63,283 bases of DNA from Girardia tigrina (lineage: Eukaryota). Numbering within the stretch: the stretch's first letter is position 1; each line of letters opens with the position of its first letter. The translations under genes were made by a program, and so were the position numbers. The stretch lies in contig MQRK01168947.1 in the NCBI GenBank assembly GCA_001938485.1, positions 1-63,283 of the forward strand, given 5' to 3'. Shown here in pieces: positions 26,883 through 40,092 of the stretch. The notes under the pieces are model-generated. The model did no database searches. It was not told the origin of the DNA and saw only the letters and a list, made by a program, of their open reading frames with translations.

Positions 26883-28174
26883 CCATTTGGCTTCGTTAAG
26901 TCAATGACTGCCGGCATATCAATTTATTCGAGTTAAAAGCGGCTGTGAAGGTGTTTAACTTAGTGATTGCATGGAGCTTTTCGGTGTAGTGAGATATGGT
27001 CAGTCATTAAAGAAGTAATCAGTGCAATTAAATTTCTTATCTCCATCAGGAATGTCGATTCGTTGCGTCATGTCGCTGACATCATACCGCGATCTGAGTT
27101 GATTGTCTCGGATCTGAGTGAGTCTCCTCATCGCGCTGACGGCTCACCGAGCGATCATCCCACGACGGTTCCAGTTGACATGGAATTTTTGTCTGAGAGC
27201 GTCGACCTCTGACGAGATTTCAGGACTGTTTTTTGGACCGTTAAGATTCTTCCGGATCTCTGGAAAATGTAGAATGAGACATATGATGTTGTATTTAACT
27301 GCGGTGGAATATTAAATTGTTATTATTCACTTTTTTTTCAAATTTGTCGTGGAATCATTTTCAATGTCTAAAAAATTGTTAATGCGTCTTCCCGTGTATT
27401 TTCGGTTTCAGTGTTTGAACCATATCATATTCTCCTAGTATTTAAGTATTGTGAAACAATACTTATGTAAAGATTAGTAACCCGGAAGCATAGTTCAGTC
27501 TGTTTTATCGACGAAAATGACAATTCCTTTTCAAATATTAGAAGTGAGGGCTGTGAACTTTTGTCTCCTGTAACAAAATATTGAGCATCGAGTGATTAAA
27601 ATAACTTCTATTTTCATTTCTCACAACTCACAACATTTAATAATAATTTAAATATTATAAATATAAATAATAATAAAATATAAATAACAACAATAATTTT
27701 GTGTATTATTATGTTCTCCAATTATCAAAATTTTAACTCATAAATTAAAATGATTTTAATAATTTCAATCATTTAGTTCAATCTGTAAATCGAATTCCAT
27801 AATTCTTTTCAAATAAACAGTTACAATAAAAATTATAATAAAAAAATATAAAAAATTTAAACCACTTTAATGACTTGAAAAAAAGAATAAAAATCGATGA
27901 AACTCAATTTTAAATTATTGATTTATTTTAGAATAAATCTACATTTTATTGTTTAACTCAAATAATTGATTAAATAAATAATTTAATGAACATTTTCCCG
28001 TATTTTAACAAGATTCATTCGATATGCGTTCCGATTTAAAGTTTTATTTATAAACTACAACTTTATAAACTAAACTTTAAATATAAACTACAGTTTTTTG
28101 ATAAATTTTAGTAAAAGTTATTTTGTTTAAAACATAATTATAGGGAAACATATACATTGCAAATCTTGTATATT

Positions 28175-28615
28175 AAAAAGTTTATAAGCGGCAAGCCGCC
28201 CGTGAAAAAAAATTTAAAAACTAGAAATTTTTTTAATTTTTTAAACACTTAACTTGAAAGAAATTCTAATAAAAATTCACTTGTTTTTGCTTGTTTTTAT
28301 TAAAAAATTGTAAATTCGGAGTTTGTAAATTTGTACACTTGAGCTATCTGCATCAATTACCCTTCATTTGTAAATAAATTTTGTTTTTGAAAGTGACTAT
28401 GTCAATTATCAAAACTGACTTCCAGTAAAGGAAGTACCTATTTCCGACGTCGGAACTATCTTACAGGATAGGAAGTGTCTTTACCCTTTAACAAAAAAGG
28501 CAGCTACATTGAATGCATTGGCAATAAAGAAAAAAGTTCATTGTTTAGGAATGAAAATAAAGTCGATCATAGTAAACTTTAAGCGCGATCGACAAACCAA
28601 CAAACAAACAAAAGT
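28175..28615 (+). mobile_element. Helentron-associated non-autonomous element (HINE/DINE-1-like)
   Basis: 5' gcggc aa gccgc hairpin and 3' gacaaaccaacaaacaaaca microsatellite, as in HINEs. Confidence 0.5.
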
Positions 28616-28911
28616 TTTAGTCAAATAATTAATAATTAATAGTATTTCATAATTTTCAATTTAAAACTAAATTGTTACAACCTTTATTTTCAGTTGTGAT
28701 GTTCAACATTTGATCTTTCTATTTATTTAATTTTAATAATAATATAATCTTATATATATTATTATAGTATTATTATTATCATTATGTATTATTATTATGT
28801 ATTATTATCTTCATTATTATTATTATATATTATTATGTATTATAGTCTATTTACAATTACAAGTAGTAGATCTTTGAGCGTGATGTTCAATTGTTTATTC
28901 TATTATATAAT

Positions 28912-29240
28912 ATTAAGTTGGGGAAAAAGAAATCCATTATTTGGCGTGAAATTCAAAACTTTATTTAACATCTTTCGATTGTCCTCTTGGAGTCAAATAT
29001 GCACCATTTTGTTGTATAATTAGTTGCCAGTTTGATGGTAGCTTCATAATGCCTCTCTCGTAAAAGTCTTGGTCATTATTGGCGAAAAACTTTAGTAATC
29101 GATTTTCACAATCTTCTATTGATCCTAATTTCTTATAACTCAGGAAATTTTGCAATGCGAGAAAAAGGTGGTAATCGCTTGGTGCCAGGTCCGGACTATA
29201 TGGTGGATGCATTAAAACTTCCCAACCAAGCTCCCCGAGT
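28912..29240 (-). mobile_element. Mariner 3' end with TIR
   Basis: WEVLMHPPYSPDLAPSDYHLF...FYERGIMKLP...NGAY; terminal ttaagttggggaaaaag. Confidence 0.92.
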
Positions 29241-32200
29241 TTCATTCTTTTGTGATTCACTTTATAATGGTTTAACAAAACACAAAATAGCATAAGCAAA
29301 TAACTATAATGTTAACCTTTGGTTAATAGTAATTTAGAAATCTGCTTGACTTGTTATAGTCTTTTGTCTAAATAATTAAATAATTTAATAATTTAAATTT
29401 AATTTAATAATTTAAATTTAATTTAATAATTAATTTAATTTAATAATTAAATAATTTAAATAATTTGTCTAATTAATAATCAGCGCATTATGTTATTATT
29501 GTAAGAATGTTTGCGTATGAAGGATTTATAATTTCATTTGACCCTATAAACATTTAACTTAATATAAATTAATCAAAACATGACATGGAAATAAGTGTTT
29601 GCGATGCACTGATTTCCTAATATTTTCATTTGTACAATGAACTTTTATGTGTTTTGTTTAAAGATTTACAAAATATATTTTATGGAGGGGTCTTTGGTTG
29701 TCTCCTCCATATTATGTGAGATCCCTGAAAGAGATTGCGGATCCACTGAGATTGCATTAAAATTAACCTGTTTATACCCGAGTTTAAGGGCTGTATGCGG
29801 ACGCTAGTATTTATGGGGCTGCCCGCCACCCGAGTGCCATTCGATATTCCGAGATTGGTCTTAATTTCAACTAGACCGCTGAAAATTGCACCAAACATAT
29901 CACCGTTTGACTGTGATCATATTGTATTGTTGAACTGAAAATTTTGTTGATTGTCTTGAGGTAGTAAATCAAAACTCGTCAAGGTAAAATCAGAATTTAA
30001 TTTTCATTATTGAAATTCCACCAAAATTATTGATAACATTCTTATTCTATTCTATATAGAAAATATTCGTTTCTATATAGAATCTATCAGTTTTTATATA
30101 GAAATGTAAAGTAATTTAGTTAAATCGATTTATAATGAAAAAGATGATTTTTGACCGCAGAGCAATGTAACAAATATTAAGTATTGATTAATACTGAAAA
30201 CGTAGGAAATAAAATAATTTAGCTACCATAAAACTCTTATTGAAAAATTGGACTGAAAGAAAGCAGTGTGAAAGTCTCCTTTTAATGGGATAGAATGACC
30301 AAAAAATAGAATTAAGCTTTATTTGATTGTCTTAGAAGACTCAAATGACAACAATTGTAAAAAAGGAACAAGCATATCGTGTGGGTCAAGGTATTATGTT
30401 AAATTGTAGCTATTGCCTTTGAGAAAAAAAATAAAAATTAATAGAATTTAATTTTAAAATAATATTGTAATGTGCCTTTCTTAAACCCTTCTTACATATA
30501 TTACATATGTATATTTATTTATATTTATCAAATCAATCCAAAATTATCCATACTGTAAACCACTTTATCCTTACTGGTGACAATTATTTTGAAAATAACA
30601 AGTCTTATTATTTCTAATATATAAATATATAAGTAACATTAATATAATAAGTATAATTTATCATAACACTTAAATTTCTTATATGATAATACAAGTAAAA
30701 ATTCAAATTATTTTTGGTTATTATTCGTGAGAATACTTTTCTTTCTTCTCAAATATCTCAAAATTTCGTGTTTCATTTTTAACCAGAGTCAAGTATCAAT
30801 AAATAGACTCTATAAAAGACAGGTCAAAGAAACTCAACAAGAAGATAATCAATAAAATTTATTGTAATCATTGGACAGATTACCTGAGACATTTATTTTA
30901 GATTTTTAATATGTTTATTACTGATTAATGTTATTGTTCTTTTTAGTTTTGACTCAAGTGTTAGGGTCAACCGGGCTCAGAGGGAAGTGACCCATTTGGA
31001 GAAATATATTGCCATTTTTAGAGACTCCCTCTCTCTCCTCTTCCATAGTCAACAAGAAAATTGAATCAAAATCTTTGTTCGAATAAAATCATGCTCACTA
31101 TTCTCGACCTAGTCCATATGAATCTGATAGAACAATTGAAATACATCGCATATTTCATGTGTTGCGTTTGACAAAATCGATCATTAATTAACAATCAAAT
31201 TGACTTTTTTTAGTTAACAAAAAAGTATCAACTCCAAATTCGAAATAAAATCAGATTGGTCTGTATTTTAGTCTTCCTATTAATTTTATATTGTAAATCA
31301 TCATCAGAATCAATCAGCAAACTTGATTCACTTGTACAAGACAAATCAAGTTCCATTTGTTTATATCAAATGGCTCGGAGCGTATTTAGTTTATTTCTTA
31401 ATCACAAAACACGAATGCACGGAAATTCAAATTTTATTTCTTTAACAACCAAACAAAACACACGTCGTTAAGCAACGATTTAGTCAAACAAATTGCAAAG
31501 ATTTTTTTTAAATCACAAAAAAAGTTAATCTTTTAATACAAAAAAATTTTAAAATTGAAAAGTAATTTTCTCTTTCACATTTTTTTTAATTTTCCATTTT
31601 AAAAATTTTTAATTTCTACATAAATCCTTTTCGAAAGATTTTTTTGAGAAATCAATTTTTTTTATTATTCAATTTGGAATAATTATTAAATTAAATTATT
31701 CTTATTCTATTGATATTTATATTTTATTAGTTGAGCTAAGTTCAACAATTAATATTATTTGTTAGCTTTTTTAAAATGTAATATGTAGTAAAAAAATAAA
31801 TAGTTCTTAGAAAATTAATTTTATGTGATGATTATGAATTTTTCTTGAAGAACATTAAAACTTTTACATGTTCTTCTTAATCACAAAACAATTTTTACAT
31901 TTTTTAGGATTCCAAGAACGAGATATTAAGTTTAAATTATAATTGTAACCGTCCCCTGGTTGTTTATAATCTTTTAACAAATAGGAAACACGAACAGAAG
32001 TTAACAGTAAAATACTATAGATTTAAATAATTATTAATCATAAAATAATGATTTATCCAAGGTAATTATGATAAACATTAATGAGAACAAAAGATTTGAT
32101 TGAGGTTCATTCAAATATTTTTCATGTAATAATATCTTTTTTCTTTCTTTAAACTATTGTTTTAGATGAGAATACAAAATTTATTTACAGAAAGTTATTA

Positions 32201-32272
32201 ATGAGAATAAAAAAGGAGGGATATTTGCTCAGAATGCTTTAAAAATTAAAAGGTTAGGTTGAAAATAATAAA

Positions 32273-32328
<56 letters not shown>

Positions 32329-32951
32329 TTATTATTTATATACTATTATATTAAATTTTCATTTATATTATATGCTTCACGACATTAAGTAGTCAAGCGA
32401 AATTAAAAATGACATTTTAAATTAAAGTGAATCGATATATAATATGTCGATCAGAATTATTTAAAATTTAATTTTTATAATACGATTTTATATTTTCTCC
32501 TAAACGAATTACGAAAGCTTGAGTATTTTTGATTACCTGCAATTATATTTCATCAAGATTATTCAAAAAGAAGAAAAGTATTGTCTAAGAATCCTTGAAC
32601 ATTATCGTATTTTAAATCCTGACAATTTATTATTAGTTGCTTGTTCATGAATGCTTGAATTATTTTTTTTCATGGATGAAATCAAGTAAATTTGTAATTA
32701 TTTATTAAATTATTTGGAATGTTATTCGGTGCATTTATTTTTATTATTTTATTTGTAAAAATCGTTGGTGGAAGTTATAGAATTTAATACTGAGATAAAC
32801 TATAATATATTTACCAATTCATACTGATAATATAATAGCTGAACTTTATTAATAACTGAGTGTTTGATTATATATTAATATTATATTTTTTTGAGTTAAA
32901 AAAATATTCACCTTTAGTGTCAACAATTGTGACTACTTGAATATATCTTTA

Positions 32952-32998
<47 letters not shown>

Positions 32999-33003
<5 letters not shown>

Positions 33004-33167
33004 AAAAATAATACCATTTTAATTTTAAATTTTTATTTGAAAACATGTTTCGCCACTTTTGTGGCATCTTCAGTTCTGTAATAATCACAGAACTGAAGAT
33101 GCCACAAAAGTGGTGAAACATGTTTTCAAATAAAAATTTAAAATTAAAATGGTGTTATTTTTGTTTA
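32999..33167. repeat. Palindrome of about 170 bp made of two divergent PLE hammerheads, bordered by (TA)n
   Basis: Arms are reverse complements around position ~33083. Each reads gaa-CTGAAGA-T-GCCAC aaaa GTGG(C/T)-GAA-ACATGT-T-ttc. Confidence 0.9.
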
Positions 33168-33729
33168 CTGACGAAATTGCCATTTGATTTAAAGAAACTA
33201 TATATATATATATATNNNNNNNNNNNNNNNNNNNNNNNNNNNNNNNNNNNNNNNNNNNNNNNNNNATATATATATATATATATATATATAATCTTTTGGA
33301 CAAATAGTAATCAAGATTATGCATTGAAATGTGTTTAACAATATAAAAAAATAAATAAAGTGAGCGAAAACATAGAATTTTTGGAATACTAATATTGATA
33401 AAGTATTATTGAGATCTATTGTAATCTTATTTTTGAGAAAACATTTGTGACAGACTTGACCCCTGTTAGGTGCCAGATGACAACACCCAAGTAACAATTG
33501 TAATTGAATTGGACATTAATAAATTGAAAATCAATTTTAGAGCGACGAATAACGCAAATCTATTAAATTATATTTTTGATCAAAATTCGTAATTTACAGT
33601 TTGACTAAAAATTTTAAATTGTCAATATTTAAATAAAATTGTTATTTTTAGGTTTTTAAAATATTTACATTTAATTAATTATATAGAAAACTTGCGTACT
33701 TCTATATTTACATAAATAGTTCAAAAATA

Positions 33730-34130
33730 GTCCAGAATCCTTGTATATTCGAGAAACAAATCGTCACCTCCGCACTAGAATTGCAGCACATACCCAATCA
33801 AGTAGAAAAAGCTCAAATTTGGACCACATTGTGAAATGTCATGGAACTCAGAGGAGGGTATTTGATAATGATTTTCGGGTTTTGATTAGTAACTTTGATC
33901 ACAACTATGAAAGGACAATTACTGAAGCACTCTTTATAAAGTTTTGTAAACCTAGTTTAAATGTGCAAATTGATTCGTCCAATCATATTAGATTATTTTG
34001 ATGTAACATACTGTGACGTAATGGTCATCTTTCTATATAAACAATAACTTTCTAATTAAATACAGAACTGAAGATGTCACAAAAGTGGCGAAACATGTTT
34101 TCTAATAAAAAAATAAAGTTGAAATGGTGT
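33730..34130 (+). mobile_element. Penelope-like element 3' end (GIY-YIG C-half and pLTR)
   Basis: YIRETNRHLRTRIAAH...ITEALFIKFCKPSLNVQ, followed by a hammerhead and aataaa. Confidence 0.9.
34064..34103 (+). ncRNA. Minimal type I hammerhead ribozyme
   Basis: agaa-CTGAAGA-T-GTCAC aaaa GTGGC-GAA-ACATGT-T-ttct. All three stems form; GUU triplet. Confidence 0.85.
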
Positions 34131-34456
34131 TAGTTGAGTTTCATTTAATAAAAGTTATGAAATAAGTTTAAATAAATTTTAAAATAGATAATTAACGGAT
34201 TAATATTTTAAGAAATAATTTTTTAATAATAGGCTTATAGCAAATTTAAATTAATTAGTTTTTATGAGAAAGTTTTGTAAAAATGTAAGAGTTATCTTAA
34301 AGTTTAAAATTTAGCAATTTTTCAAAATTTAATCTAGAAAAATTATTAGATTAAATTTTGACGAAATAATTGAATTAACAAGAAATTTGTTTAAATATGT
34401 GAATTGTTGATATTAATAAAGATTTTGGTGTTAAATTATGAGTTCTGAATTTGATA

Positions 34457-35950
34457 TAGCATTTCCAGTATCATTATACTTCTTCCATAATTTCTTCTAA
34501 GATGCAGGTTAAATCAACTTTCATCAATAAAAATATTTTTCCTATCATCAACTGAAAATTTGGAAAGGAAATCTACAGCATATACTTTTCTCAGCTCAAG
34601 TATTTCTTCGTCATTTACTCTATCAAGAACAAGACTAATTCTTTTAAGAGTAATTTTTAATTTATTAAGATGTTTCCTAATCGTTTCAACTGACAAACTA
34701 ATTTCAAATATATTCCAAATTTTATCTGTTATTTTTTTCAAGGTAATTGTATTATTTCTTTCAATTAAATTTTCGATAGAAAAGCTGATTTCTTGTGTAA
34801 TTTTTCCAACGCGATTGTTTCTCGTTTCTTACTTCAAGGTTCTTCCTGTTTGTTTGTAGACTCTATCTTTCGAAACCACGGTTTTCTTTATTTTATTTGA
34901 TTTATTTTATCCATTATTTATTTTAATAACTATTGGGTTCTTGCTCAAAAGACATTATCATGAACACAAAAATTTATTTCTATAACAATTTGAATTTTTT
35001 AAACAAATATTTTTTGAGGAACTTTTGTACTTTCTTTTTTACACAACCAATATAAATAAAAATAGATATAAATAAAAATATGGTTAGTATATTTTTTACA
35101 AATTAAAATTCTATATTTCCTTAATAAAAAAATATAGTAAATTAAAATTTTGTCACAAAGATTTTGTTGCGTCTTTTATTAATTTTTCAATTTATGGTAC
35201 ATTTAAATTTTCCTGTTTCTCAATTACATTTTTCAAAAAAAATTAAAATCGTATTTTTTTATTTAAGTCGATTTAATAGTTCTACAATTATTTTTTACTT
35301 CCAATTTTAATTTCCGCAAAAAAATATAATTACATTTTCCGAAAAATTATAATTACATTTTACAAAAAAAATATAACCACATTTTAAATTTACTTTGATT
35401 TAAAAGTTAACAAAATGGTTTAGTTTACTTTTATTTCGCAAATAAATATCAAACTTAAATTACTTTTTATTTTATTTCAAATAAATATTTCCATCAAATT
35501 TGAAATTAACTTTTTTTACTTTATAATAAATCTTTACATAAATCTTTTAATAACCCTATCATAAAATTTATTTTATTTCTTACTTAAATTAATTTTTTTA
35601 CATTAAATTTCTGAAAATCTTATTTTATCATATTTATAACAATATTTTACGGAATGTAATTGCCTGTTTAATAATTTGATAAAAATACAAAAAATTTATA
35701 TTTTATCAACACTCCCAACAATAACAATTATTGGGTTCGTGATTAAAGTTCAAAGTCATAATTTGCAAACTTTATTTCTAATACAACTTTCATTACTCAA
35801 ACAAATTTATGAGTAACAATATTTTAATTACATAACCAAATTTTGAAACTTTAAATATAAATAATAATATCGATGTATATATATATATATATATATATAT
35901 NNNNNNNNNNNNNNNNNNNNNNNNNNNNNNNNNNNNNNNNNNNNNNNNNN

Positions 35951-35998
<48 letters not shown>

Positions 35999-36621
35999 AT
36001 TTTATTCAAATCATATTTTGTTTTAGTTTTGTTAATTTTTACAATGTTTATTAATTTAGAATATAAATTTAGATCTTTAAAATTATTTTAATGGACTTGT
36101 CTTGTAAAAATTCAATTATAAATAATTTTTAATGAGAATTTCCGTTGACAATTAAATTCAAAAAAACATTATGATTTTTATTTTAGAACTTGATTTTAAA
36201 ACATTCAATAAATTAAGTGTTACAAGATATTTCAAAATTTCTTTACAATATTCTTTTACTCTGAACCTGTTATTTTAATTGTGATTTTTTAAACCTATTT
36301 TTTTATAAAAGGTCTTTCGATTTAATTAATAAAATATTATAATTACACTATACTTTTTATAAAACTTATTTCATTTTAATTAGTAAAAATAATATCTACA
36401 AACTTAAATTTTTTTATATATAATTTCTTTCAAAAGTTCTTTAAATTTAATTAGTAAAATAATATTTTTAATTTATCTCAAATATAATATGATTTTTAAT
36501 TTAAAAATATCCAAAATTTTCAGTTTATTACAAGGAACCTTTAACAACAATAGAAAAGCTTTTAATTTTATTGAAAAGTCGTAAATGATAATTGAAGTCT
36601 TAAATGATACTGGAAATGCTA
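34457..36621 (-). mobile_element. IS630/Tc1-like element with TIRs and TA TSD, internally deleted
   Basis: TIR TAGCATTTCCAGTATCATT at both ends with TA duplicated. Transposase piece SVETIRKHLNKLKITLKR...IFIDES. Confidence 0.8.
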
Positions 36622-37076
36622 TAATAAGGAAAGTGGCATAAACGCTACTTTCAGTAACGATAAAAAATAATTCACAAATTTTTAAAAATATCCAAAACTA
36701 ATTTTATTATGTTGACACTCAAGCAAAGTGCCTATTCATGCCTTATTCTGTGTACGATTTCACAAAAAAATGTTGAAACACAGAGCTAAGAGCACTCAGC
36801 ACCAATTGTTTGGTTTCTTTGAACTCACTCGTAAAAAAAATAAATTTTGAAGAGTGTAATAAAGAATGAGTGTAAATCGAGGTCACTTAAACCTTGACAT
36901 TAGTTTATTTATAAATATTTTGTATCTTTTAAGTACAAATTTTATAATTATCATTAATATTAAAGATTATCATGTCAAACACTTTTCCTCATTATTGGAA
37001 ATATGCTTTAATATTTTTATTTTAGTAATATTTTAAAGGATTTTAAATTTCATTTAAAAATAAATAAATATTTTAG

Positions 37077-37225
37077 AATTATAACCAAAACCGAGTGGAT
37101 TCCCGGAGGCGTCATTATGTCCCTGATCATAGTTTCCGTATCTTATGATGACTATGGATCATATAATTGTTCTGTATTTACAGAATATGGCAGCGATTTC
37201 TTTTCTATTACCCTCTATCAATCAG
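37077..37225 (+). CDS. Exon, second half of membrane-proximal Ig domain
   Basis: ttttag|...|gttaat, phase 2-1. RIITKTEWIPGGVIMSLIIVSVSYDDYGSYNCSVFTEYGSD completes the DYGxYNC motif typical of Kirre/nephrin-family domains. Confidence 0.9.
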
Positions 37226-37668
37226 GTTAATAATTTTTTTGAATATTATGTTGTAATAGTTATCATATAATATTATTTTAGTGAAATAGTTAACAGATCA
37301 ACAGTACTTCTGTGTTCTGGGAACCTACTTTTAACAATAAAAAATAAATAAATCAAGATAAAATAAAGTTGTAATAATTATAAAACTATAAACGGAAAAG
37401 ATTTTGGTATGAATTTTGAATGGATTCTTTGGATAGATAACCGGAAAATAATTCTGCGATTGTTGTGTTAGGTTAGATTGGAAACTGCGATATATATAAA
37501 TATATATATATGGACATAAGGACTACAATATTTAATATAGTTATGTCGAACTATAAAATAGCTTTGCTTCATATCCTGACAATTTTACAAACGTTGAATC
37601 CCGAAATAATTAGAGTCCTTGAAAGCCACCCATAATAGTACAATACCTTGTTTATTAAATTTTATAGT

Positions 37669-37728
<60 letters not shown>

Positions 37729-37778
37729 NNNNNNNNNNNNNNNNNNNNNNNNNNNNNNNNNNNNNNNNNNNNNNNNNN

Positions 37779-37824
<46 letters not shown>

Positions 37825-38249
37825 AAATACAAGAACTCATGCACCAATTCAATACATCATTTTTGTAGTATTTCCTCAAAATTCGTATTATTAATTAATT
37901 TTAAATCCGTTTTCCTTGTAATAATGTCAAAGTATTAATTGAACCAATAATTGTGTTTGAGATGTGTACCATGAATACTCGGGACGAGACATATCTCTAA
38001 TCTACAATTAAATACAGGGTTATTCATTCATATAAATACCTTTATTCGAATTATGAATACTTCTATTCATCTTATAAAAATTTATTCAAATTAGTTTGAG
38101 CGGCAGCTTGTTAAGGTAATTTGAATAAAACAATTTGTTGGGTGAAAATCTATAAATTCCTTAAAGGCCGTTATTTTGTCATCTTTGGAATTAAATTTTT
38201 TCTATCAATATGTTGTTCAAATTGAGGAAAACATGGTAGAGAGTTAGGG

Positions 38250-39100
38250 CTATGAATGTGAGTATAGATGATGATGTAGTTGCAACTCAATTTTCTGTAT
38301 TTTTGTCACGGTTTTAGATGTAGTATGTGGTTTTGGATTGTCGTAGAGTAAAATGAGAGTCAACCTGTTTACCAAACACGGTTATTGTTTTAGTGTCCGC
38401 ATCATATCCTCCAATTGGTGTCAGTAAACATCTACTGTGATCGACGAACAAGGTTTCAAAAAGTCATCATGAGCTTTTTTCATTTCATTTTAATATTGGA
38501 TCTATTTTTCATCACTAGTGACTATTCCATTATCAAAGTGATCACATCTATAACGAGAAAGCATTATCAAATAAGTATCTTAACACTTTGTTTGTCTGCA
38601 TTTCCTTCAACATATGGGAAATCCACTTATTCAACTTTTCACTTTACCAATTTTAGACAAGTGATTCAACATTATTTGCTTTTTAACAGCAAATGTTAGC
38701 GATAAATCATGAACACTTTGTGATGGGCCTGACTCCAGGGGTAAATTCAGTTCGTCAATGTTTACCTGCGTGCCTGGATGACCCCAAAACTCATTGTTGA
38801 TATTGAAATTTCCTTTCGCAAATTTCCTTAACAAATTTAAGACTGCATGTTGCATTGTATCCGAATAAACTATTGAAGTTTCACATTGTTTTGGGTGTTT
38901 AACTTCCACTTAGGAACTCGTACCTCATAATAATTTGAATTTCTACCCTTCCCGTTTTATAAAATACTGATTATTAAAACAAGTATCAATAATTTGAAAT
39001 AATTTATATTGTTGTGTTCAATAGCTAAGATTCGCACCTATCAAATAAAAAAAATGAGTAACAAAATATGAAGTCATTGTCAAATTATAACTATTTGAAT
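38250..39100 (-). mobile_element. Decayed mariner, same family as 20190-21400
   Basis: Shares the leader aaaatactgattattaaaacaag. KFAKGNFNI...LSKIGKVK and IVTSDEK. Confidence 0.8.
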
Positions 39101-39304
39101 TTATTGTTATCATACTGATTTCATACTTGTAAAATTAATATATACTCAAGTATATATCAGTGTTTCTAAAATGAATAAAATTATTTATATAAGGGAATAA
39201 CCCTGTAAAATTAGTGTTGTACATTTTTTATATCATATTTCATTAACTACTTATTTTAGATCTCTGATTACTACTTTTTTATCATTAATTAACATTAATT
39301 AAGT

Positions 39305-39645
39305 ACAGTAGAAAAACGAAGGACTTTGTGAAACCAAAAGTGTATTTCATTAAACACGCGACAAAGGCAAAGAAATTTACACTTACATAAAAAAAGTAAT
39401 TCTCAAGGTCACAGCTTCTTGGATTCAAAAATATCGCAATAATGACGGAGATCATTTTGAACACCTCTGAACAGCAAGCTTATTTATGTAAATATATTTG
39501 CGTTGAAATTGTATTTATAAGTTAATCAGATTTTTTATTCTACAAATGAACCGAATTATTTGCTTTATCACTGAATTGTTTGCCTTTATCGCGTGTTTTA
39601 TTAAAAATACTTTGGTTTCATAAAATCCTTTGGTTTTCTAATAGA
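39305..39645. mobile_element. MITE with imperfect TIRs of about 65 bp
   Basis: agaaaaacgaagga...cacgcgacaaaggcaaa is mirrored by tttgcctttatcgcgtg...tcctttggttttct. Begins TA-CAGT. Confidence 0.65.
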
Positions 39646-39951
39646 CAACTTCATCATAATTTTAAATGTTTTCAAACATTTCTAATCAATTTCCGGTGGA
39701 ATCTTTTTTTTATTATAAAATGATACTTTTTGACAAGCAATATTTGTCACACTAGATAAAGGATTATCAATGTTAGTTTTTATAAAAATATAAAAATAAC
39801 TCCAATTTCATTACAAATAACAGAGGAAAACTTCTATACATTTCACTTCCAAAAGTGATAAATTTTTGGTTATGAATAAATTATTTAAATTAATAAAGTC
39901 TATGTCGATCTTTATTTTTTAAAGAATTATTTCAGTAAATATTATTTCCAG

Positions 39952-40092
39952 AAAACCTTTCTATGCTCCTGTGTGTGGCAATAGCAATTGTCTTAGCGAT
40001 CATGGCCGTCATTGTCTGTATCATCATTTACGCTATCAAACTAAAAAATACTCGCCAAAAAATTAAATTTTTACAAATTCAAACATTTTCAG
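39952..40092 (+). CDS. Exon, transmembrane helix and basic stop-transfer segment
   Basis: tttccag|...|gtgagt, phase 1-1. ENLSMLLCVAIAIVLAIMAVIVCIIIYAIKLKNTRQKIK. Confidence 0.88.

Noticed and set aside
29664-29940. + frame with LamG-like IFYGG...FKGCMR interrupted only by TGA stops; minus frame has a PIF1-like GISNGTR
   Set aside because: Short chance motifs. It does not fit the host exon phases, other helicase motifs are missing, and nothing else suggests TGA recoding.
37619-37938. YIYIYI ORFs (also near 33.1, 35.9 and 56.4 kb)
   Set aside because: Translations of (TA)n microsatellites at contig breaks.
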